A stretch of 64,000 bases of DNA from Mobula birostris (GCF_030028105.1 NC_092381.1:64258505-64322504), one strand, 5' to 3'. Positions 49,400 through 62,320 are shown, counted from the first letter of the stretch. The notes: a model not told the origin generated them from the letters alone. Translations and numbers: made by a program.

Positions 49400-50480
49400 T
49401 ACTTATTTATTGCTTTAAAAAATTGTCCGGAGGCGTTAAGACGCAGGATAATCAAAAACAAGTCTATCTGGAGACAAGCTACCACATGCAACCTCCCAGA
49501 GAGAAAGAGAAAAGGGGAAAAAAAATCTACCACAGGAATGAACAGCCAGAGACTGCAGCAAAGCGCCTGGACTGCTGCCGAAATCACAATCTGGAATCGC
49601 GAACCACAAGGAACGTGGTCATCATTCCAATGACTATCAATCATCGGGAAATGGATGGAGGCAGCGTCCAAAGCCGTACAATTCATGCCAAACAATCCGA
49701 CTTCTCCGTCATTGTATTTTTTGAAACGTACTTACCTTCCTGCACTGTGTATCCAAGTTTCATCGTTTTTCCAACCCCAGTCCATTCCCCGGATTGCCTG
49801 CGTGGAATGTTTTCTTGTGGTATCCAGAGAATGGAGGTGTGTTAATCCATCTGGTACCATTGGTGGAGGCTGCAATGAGGAAAGTACATGACTGGGAACT
49901 GGTGGAGGGGGCTGCGGGCACGGCGCGTGTGCAGCTGTCAGAGCGGTTGATGAGAAAGGCGCGCGCGCACACACGCACACGCCCGGGGCTCGCCTCGCTC
50001 TGCCCGCTTCCGTGCGCCAGCCTGGCGACTGCAGTTATTTCATCACCTCACAATGTTGCTGCCAGGTAGGCAACAAAATGTCCCCACTGTCTATCTGGCT
50101 ATTAGTAACCTAGAGGCTGCCTTGCCAAAAAAAACAATCAGAATATATAAACTAATTACTTTACAAAGTGTCCTAAAACGTGCTGCAGCAACAGAACACC
50201 TTTAATCATAGCAGCGACGAACATGACTTTTTATTTGACCCTTGAACTTTCAAATGGAGCTTATTTGAAGATGTTGTGCAGTCTCGTTCCCGCCTCTCGC
50301 TCAATTAAACCGCTTCCTTTAAAAACGCGCATATGCCGTCGGCGCTGTGGACAACCGAAGAAACAAAAAAAATGGAGTAGGCCAATCTGCCCCTCGAGCC
50401 AGCGGCCTTTCAATAAAGTCCCGGATAATTCGATCTTGATTTCAACGCCACATTCCTGCGCTGTCCCTATTCCATATGCC
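49400..50480. promoter_or_regulatory. CpG-island-like promoter of the minus-strand gene
   Basis: Sharp local CpG/GC enrichment in non-repeat DNA (GCGCGCGCGC, GC-rich tracts); ETS-like CGGAAGCGG on the minus strand at 50004-50012. Confidence 0.75.
49736..49980 (-). other. Candidate exon 1 (5' boundary approximate)
   Basis: Perfect donor GAAG|gtaagt at 49736/49735 inside the CpG island. Confidence 0.7.
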
Positions 50481-50800
50481 CTGATTGTGTTGTACTTCAA
50501 ATGTCTGTAGACCTCTGCTTCAGTATTTTCAATGACGACTCCTCACCCGTACTATCTTCTCACAGCCCTCCTCGGGTAGGGAACTACAAAACCGAGATCT
50601 TTTGAACGAAAATAGACCTAATTTCTGTCTTTGAGGCCAGATTTGCAGACAATACAAAGGTAGATGGAGGAGCAGTCAGTGCTGAAGAAGCATTGAGTCT
50701 GCAGAAAGACTTGGACAGATGAGGAGAACTGAAAAAGAAGTGGCAGGTGGAATACAGTGTAGAGAGGTATTTGGTCATGAATTTTGGTAGAAGGAATAAA

Positions 50801-51061
50801 CTTACTTACCGAAGCCCATCATCCCTACTAGGGCATAGGCTGCCAACAGCAGCTCCCCAGAATGCTCTGTACTTGGCCAGTTTTTCAAGTTGTTTCTAGA
50901 TTTAGCAATCTTTTAGGTGTATCCTTCCTCACACAGGATTGAAGTTCTTGAAGCTTCTGTCGGCATTTCTATAGCTCTGGGATTTTGCGGAATGGGCTTG
51001 CTAGCCCCATGTCCAACCTCTTCCAACCACAGCCAGGATTGTGACTGTCCATGATGGAGTT
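50801..51061 (-). mobile_element. RTE-associated SINE with a decayed twister ribozyme at its 5' end
   Basis: TSD AGAAGGAAT(A/G)AA (50789-50800, 51062-51073); (GTAA)n tail; 5' AACTCCATCATGGACAGTCACAATCCTGG...GGAAGAGGTTGGACATGGGGCTAGCAAGCCCATTCCGCAAAA. Confidence 0.7.
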
Positions 51062-51359
51062 AGAAGGAATGAAGGCATAGACTATTTTCTAATCAGAAAA
51101 CAAATTCAGAAATCAGAGGTGCAAAGGGAATCGGCAGGTCTAGTGTAGGATTCCCCGAAGGTTAGCCTGTGAAAGGATTAACATATAAGGAGTGTTTGAT
51201 AGCACTGGGCCTGTACTCGCAGGAGTATAGAAGACTGAGGGGATCTCATTGAAGTCAATCAAATATTGAAAGGCCTAGATAGAGTGGACATGAGGAGGAT
51301 ATTTCCAATAGTGGTGGACAGAGGGCACTGCCTCAGAATACAAGGATATCCCTTTAGAA

Positions 51360-51438
51360 AAGGGGTTCCCAACCTTTTTTATGCCATGGAGCCTTTCATT
51401 AACCAAATGGTCTGTGGACCCCAGGTTGGAAACACCTG
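51360..51438. mobile_element. ~80-bp hAT MITE
   Basis: Inverted ends; 8-bp TSD CTTTAG(A/G)A. Confidence 0.8.
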
Positions 51439-51589
51439 CTTTAGGAATTTTTTTAACCTGAATTTGGTGAATCTGTAGAATTCATTGCCACAGACAAGAC
51501 AGCTGTGGAGGCCAAGTAACTGGGTATATTTAAAGTAGGGGTTGATTTATTCTTGTTTAGTAAGGGTATCAAAGTTGCCGGGAGAGGGC

Positions 51590-52600
51590 AGAAGTTTATG
51601 TGAGTTTGTCATGTTGTCTAAAATTTTGACAACATTCTATAAATGTACAGTGGAGAGTACTCTAACTGGTTGCATCATGGCATGGTATGGAAACACCAAA
51701 GCCCAAGAATGCAAAGGCCCACAAAAATTGATGGATACAAATCAGTCCATCACAGGCAGAGCCCTCTCTACTATTGAGCATATCTACAAGGAATGTTGCC
51801 ACAAACAGACAACACCCAGCATCAAGGATCCCTGCCATATAGGCCGTGCTCTCTTCTCACTGCTGCCATCACAAAGGAGGTATTGGAACCTCAAATCTCA
51901 CACACTAAGTTCAGAAACAGATATTACCCTACCCCTATCAGGTTCCTAAACTGGTATGGATAACTTCACTCACCACAACTCTGAACTGATTCCTCAACCT
52001 ATAGACTCCCTTTCAAGGACTCTTTGACTTGTATTCTTGGCATTTTTAAAAAATTTGCATAATTTGTCTTTGTTCCATGTTAAGAAGATAGAACATTGAA
52101 ATCTACAGCACATTACAGGCCCTTTGGCCCACAATGTGCCAACCATGTAACCTACTCTAGAAACTGCGTAGAATTGCTCTAGCGCATAGCCCTCTATTTT
52201 TCAAGCTCCATGTACCTATCTAAGAGTATCTTAAAGGACCCTATAATATTCGCTTCCACCACCACCACTGGCAATACATTCCACGCACCTACCACTCTGT
52301 GTGAAAAACTTATCCCTGACATCCCCTCAGTACCTATTTCCAAGCACCTAAAAATGATGCCCCCTCGTGTTAGCCATATCAGCCCTTGGAAAAAGCCTCT
52401 GGCTATCCACACGATCAATGCCCCTTATCATCTCATTCACATCAATTGTGTTAGTTGTCAGTCTTTGTTTATGTATAGTTTTTCATAAATTCTAATGTAT
52501 TTCTTTATTTTCCTGTAATACTTGCAATAAAGTGAATTTTGAGGTAGTATATGGTAACATATATGGACTTCGATAATAAATTTACTTTGATTTTGAATAG
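51590..52600 (+). mobile_element. Rex1/Babar-like LINE 3' fragment with a nested minus-strand CR1 tail (52085-52440)
   Basis: FYKCTVESTLTGCIMAWYGN...ALFSLLPS motif; tail GATAATAAATTTACTTTGA. Confidence 0.82.
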
Positions 52601-53428
52601 TTACCAGGGCAGCTGAGGTTGTGGTTACAGTCAGTTCAGGGGAAGCATCTTAGTATTATAGTTTCTCTTCAATATCAATTTTTAAATGCTCATTAACATT
52701 TGTGGAATGTCCCTCCCTACCCCAGTTTAGGAGGGCCTGTGCTGGAGAACAGTATTTTTTATATTAAAAGATATAGCTGACTTCCTAGGATCATCAGATA
52801 TGGATGCATAGCTGTACTTCGTTGAATATTATTCTGTGTTACACTCATGGTTGGGGAGATGACACATTAATATATTATGCATAATTTCCTTGAATGAAAA
52901 TGTAACTATGTGTTATCAAGTTTAGTAAGATAGCTCAAATTTGACACCATTTTGTTTTAGTTGTGGGTCTTTAATGGTCCTGCTAAAAATTAATCCAAAC
53001 CTTTTTAATAGTGTCTTTTACTACTGCAGATTTGTGTTTAGTGGCACACTTACAGATCTTCCTCCCTAACCTTTGATTGGTTGGTGAACTGTTTACAGAT
53101 CACCATGTCTGTTGCTCTTAACCAGTTCATAGGAGCTTCAGAGGAAGATTTGATTGATTCACTTTCTAAATTTAGTCTTGACAAAGATTATTCATGATTC
53201 TGAACAAAGAAGTTTGATTATGAATTCCTTACATAGAATAGGCACAAAAAAATAGGCCCATCAAAAATCAACCAATTACACTAATACTACACTAATCAAT
53301 TTATTTTCCCTACATACTCTCTGCTCTCACTACCAAGGCCCCCACACCCCCACCACTTGCTAGCCTCCACTCCGGATATTCTACCACTCCATTTCAAAAT
53401 AAGGGCAATTTATAATTGCCAAATAACC

Positions 53429-54047
53429 CAGACATCCCACCCTGCAAAAACTAATTTCAGGGAGGTAGCACTATCAATTTGCGGGAGACTTCCGGGAGAG
53501 GTGGGATGTCTGCAATAGAGTAGCTCCTTAGCAGCTAGTTTAAATAACATTAGCTATGCTAATGAATGAATGACACCTGTTAAACTCACCTCAACATGTC
53601 TTTTACGGTCTTAACCCACCATGGGCAATAGAAAAGTCACTGTTGCAAACAGTGCAGTGAGCAACACTGTCATTATTTTGACCCCTATTAGGCAGGGGTA
53701 CACTTTAGTGTAGTCTGGGGTGATGTACGTTTTATATTTTTTTTGGAACACTCTACAATGGTGCACTCTCGCTCGCGCACGCTCTCTCTCTCTCGTGGTC
53801 ACTCGCGCGCTCTCGCTTGCTTTCGCTCTCGCTCGCTCTCTCTCACTTTCTCACTTGCGCTCTCGCTTGCTTTCTCTCTCACACGCGCGCTCTCTCTCGT
53901 GGTCGCTCTCGCACTCTATCTTGCTGTTCTCTTGCTCGCTCTCAAAAAAATCAATTTCCGGGACATTGTATATAATTTGCAGGCATCAGGGAGGCACTAT
54001 TAACATGCGGGAGACTCCCAGAAGTTCCGGGAGAGGTGGGATGTCTG
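53429..54047. mobile_element. Non-autonomous TIR DNA element (possibly hAT-like) with internal (CT/CG)n microsatellite
   Basis: 13-bp TIR CAGACATCCCACC / GGTGGGATGTCTG; right end duplicated internally at ~53460-53512; flanks AATAACC/AATAATC. Confidence 0.7.
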
Positions 54048-55189
54048 AATAATCTATCAACCCTCTGTCATTTTTTCTATCGTGGTTAACCACTTATTTG
54101 GACTTCTGGTCACTAAGTGAACCTTTATCCCCATTTCCTTCATATCTTCAATTATCAAGAAGTACACTAAATGCTAATGTGTTCTATTTCACTCACACCT
54201 TGTTCAGAAAATCTTTGAGTGCAGCTTGTTCTTTGTTTCCGTTTCTAATAAAACCTGACTTGCTATTAAAATGCCCTTGTTGAACATAAAATCTCAAAGT
54301 AGATAACAGATCATGAGCAGGTATTTATTTGAACTATTTTGGCTTATTAACAGTGAGGGTTAATGCATTTATAAAGCTAATGGTTCTTACCTTCCAATAA
54401 AATCTATTGCAGAGTGTATAATCTTCTCCTGAGACATAAGAAACTCCAAATATGTCGTCTATCCTAAGGCCCTTCAGAGTGTCTATGTTGCAGCCCACGG
54501 AACAGTTAGTCACCCAACACAATTCTTAAAAGTCTTGATGTAACAATTATTATTCAGAAGCAGTATTAGATCCTACACTTGGATCCCCAAGTTTGCTTTA
54601 AAACCTTCACACTAGCCATGGTGACTATGCCCCATTATTATCATTGTACTGTTTGACATTCAGCTTACTCCTGCACAGGCTTTTCACATGCTGCACCTGG
54701 CTATTGTAACTAATACCTTAATAACCTGATTTCTGAAATAAGGTACCGTAGTTAATGTAGACAGGGGGAGAGCGGCTGATATGTCAAAGCACCCTGCAAA
54801 TGAATCACTTTCATCTTGGTTAGATTTTTGATTCCTTGTGGTTTTACCTTTTCTTATGTCAATATTAAATTCTGCTCTATTTCTGAAAATACAATATGTT
54901 ACATTGGAGCCAAAGTTTCAAATAATCTGCTTGCTGGAATGATTGTTAATGATAAATTCAAGCAGCACATTCAACTAAAGATTCAAACGTGCAATAAGAA
55001 ATGTGGAAGTTTTGATGAATCCGAGTAACATTAAGTACATACTCTCGTACTCTCAGTCACTTCATGCCACAGAAACCGGCATAAGCACCAGCCTGATGGG
55101 CCACAAGGCTCGGGACAGACTTTAACTTTGACATAATACATAACAATAGTCACTTGACCTATCTTCTCCAAATCTATCCTCATCCAAAT

Positions 55190-55640
55190 CTGTTAGCATG
55201 ATCCTTTGTTCCCTTCACCTTCATATTCTTTTCAGGCATCAGTGCATTTAGTTCAGTCTTTCTCCTTGGCAGCAAGTTTCACAGCTTCACAAAACAAAAG
55301 ATGAATTCCATACCAGATCTCTATGTTACTATCTTACATTGATGGCTCAAATGATGCTTTTCTTTCTGTTTCCATTCTATTGAAAGCTTTCAGACTTTTA
55401 AAGAACTCTGTAAGGTACCCTTCAGCTTCCCTTTCTCAAGAGTAAAGAAATCTAGTCTGTTCATTGCTTCCTGATTTATACCCTCATATATCTGATGTCA
55501 CCTTTGAAATCTTCTCTGCACCTTTCCATCCTCTCAATCGCATTTTGTCATATAGCAAGCAGAATTGCAGAGTGTTCCAAAGTGGTCCAATTAAGATTAG
55601 ATACAGTTCAGCATAAAATCCCAAATTTTCAATTCCTTCA
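55190..55640 (-). mobile_element. Old CR1 fragment
   Basis: Decayed CR1 3' ORF2 sequence (CTTCTCTGCACCTTTCC...CAGAATTGCAGAGTGTTCCAA). Confidence 0.55.
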
Positions 55641-55740
55641 CTCTAGAAATTAATCTTTATTAGTTTTCATTCCCAATAACCTTTTTTTCCTTAACTCCTA
55701 AAGCTGCAACTTTCAACCTATTTTCCCGGATGAAATGTAC

Positions 55741-57360
55741 TGTTGTATATTTAATATTTCAGTGGGATTTGAGTAATATTGTAAATGTATTGTTTATGTA
55801 CACACCTCACTTAATGTAAAAACGAATATACAGGACTTTCGTCCCAGCTGCCTTGATTTCCTTTCATTTAGTTTTTGTTTTGAGTTACAAGAGATAACGA
55901 GGTATTTTTAAATGAATCCGAGATGACTACCTACTTGTTGAAGCGCAGCAAGAAGTTCAAGTTTTAAAAAAAGTGCAGTGAGATGTTCAAGTTTTGAAAA
56001 AAAATCACAGAACATTTTCTTTGCAAAAGGAAGGATGATCGAGTAAAACAAAAGGCAGAAAACAGAAGAATTCATGGGTTCAAAAACAGTGTGTACCGGG
56101 TGATAATAATCATTAACGAAAAAAAACTGAAATGGCTGGCTATATCAGAAAGATAGACACGATCAATTGCTCAACAGATAACTGGCTCATTTATATTGAT
56201 CTAATTGAACAGTATTTTAAAGCATATGGAATAGGCAATGAGAAACAAGTACCAGTTTTGCTGAGTGCATTTTATTTAAAGTCAGAAAATTTGCTTAGAA
56301 TCTTAACTGCTCCAACCAAACAAGCTCAAATTACCTTTTCTGCTATCATGAAAGTAACGCAGGAACATTTAGAACCAAAACTACTGTTGATTGCAGAACG
56401 CTTTAGTGGAATCAAAAGGGAGGGGAGAATATTTCAATGTACGTGGCAGAATTGATGAAGTTGTCTGAGCATTGTCAGTTCAGTAATGGACTTAATGGTG
56501 CACTGAGAGATCATTTAGTTTGTGGAATCTTACAAGAAAGTATTCAAAATGGCTTCTAACTGAAGAACAACTTAGATTTAAAGATCAGTTAAAATTGCTG
56601 TATCAATGGAAACAGTAGTCAGACATAATTGAGTTGCAGTCAGGAATGAAAGTGAGTGTGAACAAAATTGCAACATCTAAACAGAAGTGTGCCTGGCGAA
56701 ACAAATTGTGTTATAATTGTGGCAGCGGCTCACATATATCAGACCAAGCAGGTTTAAAGGTGAAATTTGCAGGAAATGCAACAAAGTAGGACTATACAAA
56801 GAGCATGTAGGCAGACAAAAATAAATGAACTACACAGGGTAGGGAAAAGGATAAAAAGTCAAGTTGCAGTTTGAAAAAGAACACTAATCTGCATGCTCCT
56901 GATGAATAAACTGATAATTATGAGAATTACATAGGACTGAGTAGCATTGTGATTTGTATTGTGAAAACTAACAATATGGCTTACAACGAAAGTAAATGAC
57001 AAATAATTAAAATGGAATTTTACGTTGGACACTGGCTCAACTGTTGCAGTCATTCCACAAAATGAGTTTGAACAGTATTGCAAAGATACTAAAATGAAGC
57101 CTGCAGATATCCAATTAAGTACATATACTGGAGAAAAGATAGCTCCTGTGGGAATGACATTCGTAGCAGTGAAATACAACAACCAACAAGCCATATTGGG
57201 TCTGTATACAGTAAAAATAGGGCCAGCTTTGTGGGAGTGCCTGTTGCGAAGACAACTACAACTTGATTAGAGATCGATCCACCATTTGCATGCCACATCC
57301 TCTGTAACAGACCCAACCAAAAGCAAATTACGAAAGGTACTGGATGATGCCACAACTGTC
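55741..57360 (+). mobile_element. 3'-truncated Gypsy LTR retrotransposon: 5' LTR, gag with zinc knuckles, protease
   Basis: LTR 55741-~55898; gag MAGYIRKID...IEQYFKAYGI; CYNCGSGSH and CRKCNKVG knuckles; protease DTGS motif at 57025; many stops. Confidence 0.88.
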
Positions 57361-60300
57361 TCTATGCTGTACACCATGAACCATTGCCCAACACAAGGTA
57401 AACAGGTGTTGGTGCCAACCTCTGTGCCTCTGTTTAGAAAGCATATTGGATCAAGAAAGGATCACAGTGCTCAGAGGAAGCGTGGAAGAGATGATAGCAG
57501 TGGTCCAACAGCATCAGTTTCTATAGGCAACATATCTGAGAAAGCTTCCGATATGTTAATCAGGCAGTTACTTGGATCCAATTCATTGTGTGCATGTGTG
57601 AGAGAGGAGAAAGAAACTTCACTACCATGCTCTACATAGCTATTGAGACAGTTGTCCACCCTTGTGAAAGATAAGGAACGTCTGCTGGTGAAATATTGGA
57701 TAATGGTTATCAGCTACAGAATTTCATATTTCAATCAATGCCTGGAGAAATGGAAAGAAAAGGAACAGAGGGAAGCCTGTAATGAAGACAAGTGAATCAG
57801 GAAGAAAAGCAATACTGCATCTTGAACTCATCTGCCAGTCTAAACTGCTTCAAGTATTAAGTGACTCATGGGACACATTTCCAACAGCTGACCATCTGGT
57901 TATTTATCCAAAATTGGTATGGTACTTAGACCTTCTTAATTTTTTGGATTTCCCCAGGAGGCATTGTTCCTTGATTTGCAATATGAAGCAGCCACTTGTA
58001 AAATATTGAAACCAAATAAGCAATCCAGACTTCTTTGGAGGCTGAGTTTGATGGAGAAATCTGATCATTTTGTTTTCATTTGTATAAACTATTTCTTCCT
58101 TGTGTGGAAACTGCGTAAACATTTCATCTTCAGAGATAGCACCAGTCTCTCTCCCCCCCCCAGTAGTTTAACAGCACACCATTTATGCAGTTTTATACGG
58201 TGGGGGGAGAAGTTATCTAAAGAAATATTCAAGAAAATCATCATACAGCTGAAGTGCAGGACCATGCAATTTTAGTATCCTTATATTCATTAATAATAAA
58301 TTTGGAAACCTGAAAAAAGTATTCCCAGATTCCATAGATTAAAAAAGTATATGTCTGTAAAACGTTGCTATTTGGAAACTTCCTCTACATTACAGTAAGC
58401 AATTTATTGCTTGATCCAAGTTGTGATATTCTGGCATTGGATTCCACATAATTACAAGTGGCCAAGAGGATGTGTTGGTGGCTACAAGTCAGTCAGGTTT
58501 GGAGTCTGTGGTTTCCATCATGCCCATATGGTTGACTGAAAGCTCTGAAAGTAAACAAATACAGCACAATCCAAGTCAGTGATTTAGTTTCAACTGGAGA
58601 CTGTTTCCTAAAGTCTAAGTTATTTTTGGAAGCAAATAGCTGATGTTTGAAGTAGCTTCATTTTTTCTGGACCATGTTTAAAAGAATAAAAATAATTTAC
58701 ACAGTTTAAAATATAGGAAAGATCAATATTAATTAATTCATTACTATATATATATATATATGAATGCATGTTATTTTAACAAAGTTGTGAATTTTACCTC
58801 TTATGTTAAACGTTAATATTGATAAATTATTTTTTTTCTCTATTCTCCACTTCCACAACAACTGGTTTTTAGACTTCTAACTTTTCATATGACCATGGAG
58901 GGAGTGCTTTCAGTTGTGAAATGTAAGCTGTAAATCTCTTTTCAAAACAATGCATTTTTAGTCTTTGAAAAGATATTCTGGTCTTGAGCATACTTTTCCT
59001 AGTTGGTGTCTAATCAACATTGTGTGAAACTTCTTGGGATAGTGGATGTTATTAAAGGTATAACTTAAATGTAAGCTATTGTTGAACTTGATATCACATT
59101 ACCTGTGCCAACATTTATGCATTTATATATGTGGACAATACATATCATCAACATAAATATAAAATAATCTATCTGGTTTCATGTATTTATCTAATTATAT
59201 ATGTGGAACAGTTACTAAACGAAAATTACCAAAGGAAATCTTAGCTGAAGTACTATTAAATTGCTGGGAGGAACAGACTGATTTTCAAAGTATAGGAAAA
59301 TTGGGAGTGGTGTAGAATGTCCATCCAGTCCAATGTTTTACAGTATCATCTGAAGTTCAAGTTATTCAAATGGGATAGTGATTTCTACATTCTTACTAAC
59401 ATTTAATTTTGGCTGATTTCATTCAAGTATTAGTACAGACACAGGTTGGTTTGAGGATAAAGAAGTACAATTTTATACTATAACAAGCAGATTAATGCAG
59501 CTATTGTCAATTCTTAATTCACACTGCAAGTTGGGTCAAGCACATAAGAATGAGTCACTCTGATGTAATAAAATTATGCTCTGTACTAAAGCACAGGATG
59601 TTTTACAATTTGTGCCTTGAGTATCTATCAAGCCCTGTCTTGGAAAGATAGATAATTCTATGATTGTTATTAAAATAATTTCAAAACTCACAATGATTTT
59701 GTGTGGATAGAAAATGCATCAAATCCTTTGGTACATGCACTGAATGAGAACATCACCAATTTCTCCAGGAACTATGGAGATCCACCCACTATATTTGCAA
59801 ACCAATTTCCCCCGGGATCAATAAAGTATGACTATGACTATAATCTAGTCTGAACTCACCACCATAATATCTGAGCAGATTCTCTCATTCTTTTGTAGCA
59901 CAAAATTAAGTAACAAGTTATTGCAGGTCTTTTCTTTCCCACAGGTTTGATAAGTAATACTTCAAATTTTACATTGTTCAGTTCAAATTAAACAGTATCA
60001 GATTGTTAGAGAATCCTGATGGTTTGGCATCTGGCTCTTGCATTTCTTCAGATTGTGAGTGTGATGTTTTTCCAGAGTGCAGGAGGGATGTGCGGCTAAA
60101 GCAGGGGTCCAGAGTATGAGCAGTTCTTTAAACTTTGTCCACATACATACAGTAAATGCTTTTTAAGACAGTATGCAGGATAGAACAGCACTGTGACATC
60201 AGGGAGCAGTTTGATATCCTCTTTGGTCAAGGAGGAGCCACTCCTGAAGAGATCACTGATCATTGAGTAGTAAGATGCCATAAGTGGAGAAGGTTGCTTT

Positions 60301-61379
60301 CTTAAGTGGCATGGGCACAGCCCAAGAGGTGTTAACAATTCTCCAAGAGCAAAGCCACATTGCAAATATGGAATTACCTGTCTTTCATGACAGGGAGAAG
60401 TTGCATGTTAGCAGATTGCTGTCTTGCATGCTCCCATAGATGCCACGATGAGCAGAAAGAGGCTGAGATATGCAGAGACTAATATGTCAATCCCTCACTC
60501 CACAACAACTCATACCTTTCTTCGGAATGAACAGGTTTCAAATCAGAATGCAAAGAGAGCTGAGGAAAAGAATGAGATTAGAAGAGCATTGTTTCAAGTT
60601 CATTGTCAGTTCACCTCCAAGTTTGGAAATTGAGACAAAGGTGCAGGAGATTAAATGTCAGCAGATTGTTGACCAACTGCATGCCCAGACCTTAAGAAGT
60701 TGCTTTGTTTGCTGATTCAGGGCACTGATCACCCCATCACAAGACCACCAAATTATTTCCCATCAAGGCCTCTTAAGGCAACATGTTGAACTATGCTGTG
60801 CAGCTAGAAATTCCAGACCAGTCCTTCATTTGGCCCTGGGTTGCAGTCTAACATCAGCTCATCTTGGACAAGAGTGTCTCATTGGGCATTAAGGACATCT
60901 GTGTAGACTCGAAAGGAAGGGTGATTTTTAAGCACCCAGACCACAGACACAGAGGTTTCAAAACCTAATAAAACAATAAAACTAGAAGAAATTAAAGGTT
61001 CACACAAAAATGTTATAATTCATGATTTTGCTAGGATTTGATGTTTTTTGTTGTTTAAAAACTATTTGGACACCAACACTGTTCAAACATATTATTTAGG
61101 GTAGATCATATTCTTCAAAGTGAAAAGTGGCACTATTGTGGCATCTACTATAAATCCTGTTATTCTTCATCCAAAAACAGTAGTAATGGACTGCTGCCAA
61201 AAGTGTCTTACCCGATGGGTTTATTCCCAGTGAAGACCTCTGTCAAACAAACCTGAATTGTTGCCTCAATTCTTTTGTCAGATTGTCCAAATGTTGTTCT
61301 TCACTTCCAACAAACTTCCTATAATGGGAAGCAGTTCAGCTCCAGACTAAGGTTACTCAATCCTCAGCAGTCAATTTCC

Positions 61380-62320
61380 AGGTACTTACTGAGTTTACAC
61401 ATGCTTAGAGGCTGATCTCCAGGCCATTGCTGGCACTTTACTGAAGCATACAGGATGATAGGCCTCCTACTCAGTATGTGTAAAATAAAGATCCTCTGTC
61501 AACATACCTCTACAGCATCAGATTCCCTCCAACAACGAGATATTGGAACATGTGGGGACCACTTCCCGTATCTCTGGACCTATCTCCCAGTAAAGGCAGT
61601 CATCAGTGATGAAGTTCAACACTACCTTCAATGTGCAAGCATAGACTGTAATCTCTTTTTGAAAATCAAAATTGATGGTTTAGCTTGAAAGTTAATGATA
61701 TGCCAGGCAGTAGTGATCCTTGCCTTCTGAGATCTGCTTCTGAGATCTCAATTACCCACAATAGGTATTACAAGACTCTGGAAAAATACCAATAGTTTTT
61801 CCACAAGGTCCTTCAAATTCATTGGAAGAGCATGTGAACCCAATGTTAGTGTCCTCTTATTGCAACATAGTGCCCAACTTCATGAGTAATCCATCGACTA
61901 TGTTGGGCAGGCCATATCAGTACCAGATTACCGAAAAAAAAATCACTTTATTCCAAGCCCTGTCTTGGGAGGGGTTTAACAACAGAAGAAAAAAAATCAA
62001 AAATGTGTTGAAAGCCTCTAAGAAGACTTGCAACACCCCCGGTGAGAAACCAAATCTGCGATCCATGATTGCTTCAGATGGAGAAGGTACATTTGAAATG
62101 GTATTGAGAGCCCAGGTCTATGCAACAGATGCAACAGATTACATAAACTCTGCATAAGTGTCTGAAGGAGAGGATCATCTCACAAACTACCCACCAATCT
62201 GCACGTCTCCCATCTGTGGAAGAGTCTGAAGTTCCCACATTGGCCTCATTAGTCACTTCAGAACCAATAAAACGGGAGTGAAAGTAAGTCATTCTCAATC
62301 TCAATGGACTGCCTAAGAGG
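61380..62320 (+). mobile_element. Old RTE-clade LINE 3' fragment
   Basis: RRKK.KNVLKASKK.CN motif and RTE-type 3' end CAATCTCAATGGACTGCCTAAGAG. Confidence 0.6.

Larger units (their letters stand above)
50630..51590 (+). mobile_element. CR1 RT/3' fragment with two nested insertions
   Basis: FADNTKV..., LQKDLDR, KGLDRVD motifs; interrupted at 50801-51061 and 51360-51438. Confidence 0.8.

Noticed and set aside
49312-49845. 177-aa plus-strand ORF near the CpG island
   Set aside because: Antisense to exon 1/intron 1; no recognisable domain; likely a chance ORF in GC-richer DNA
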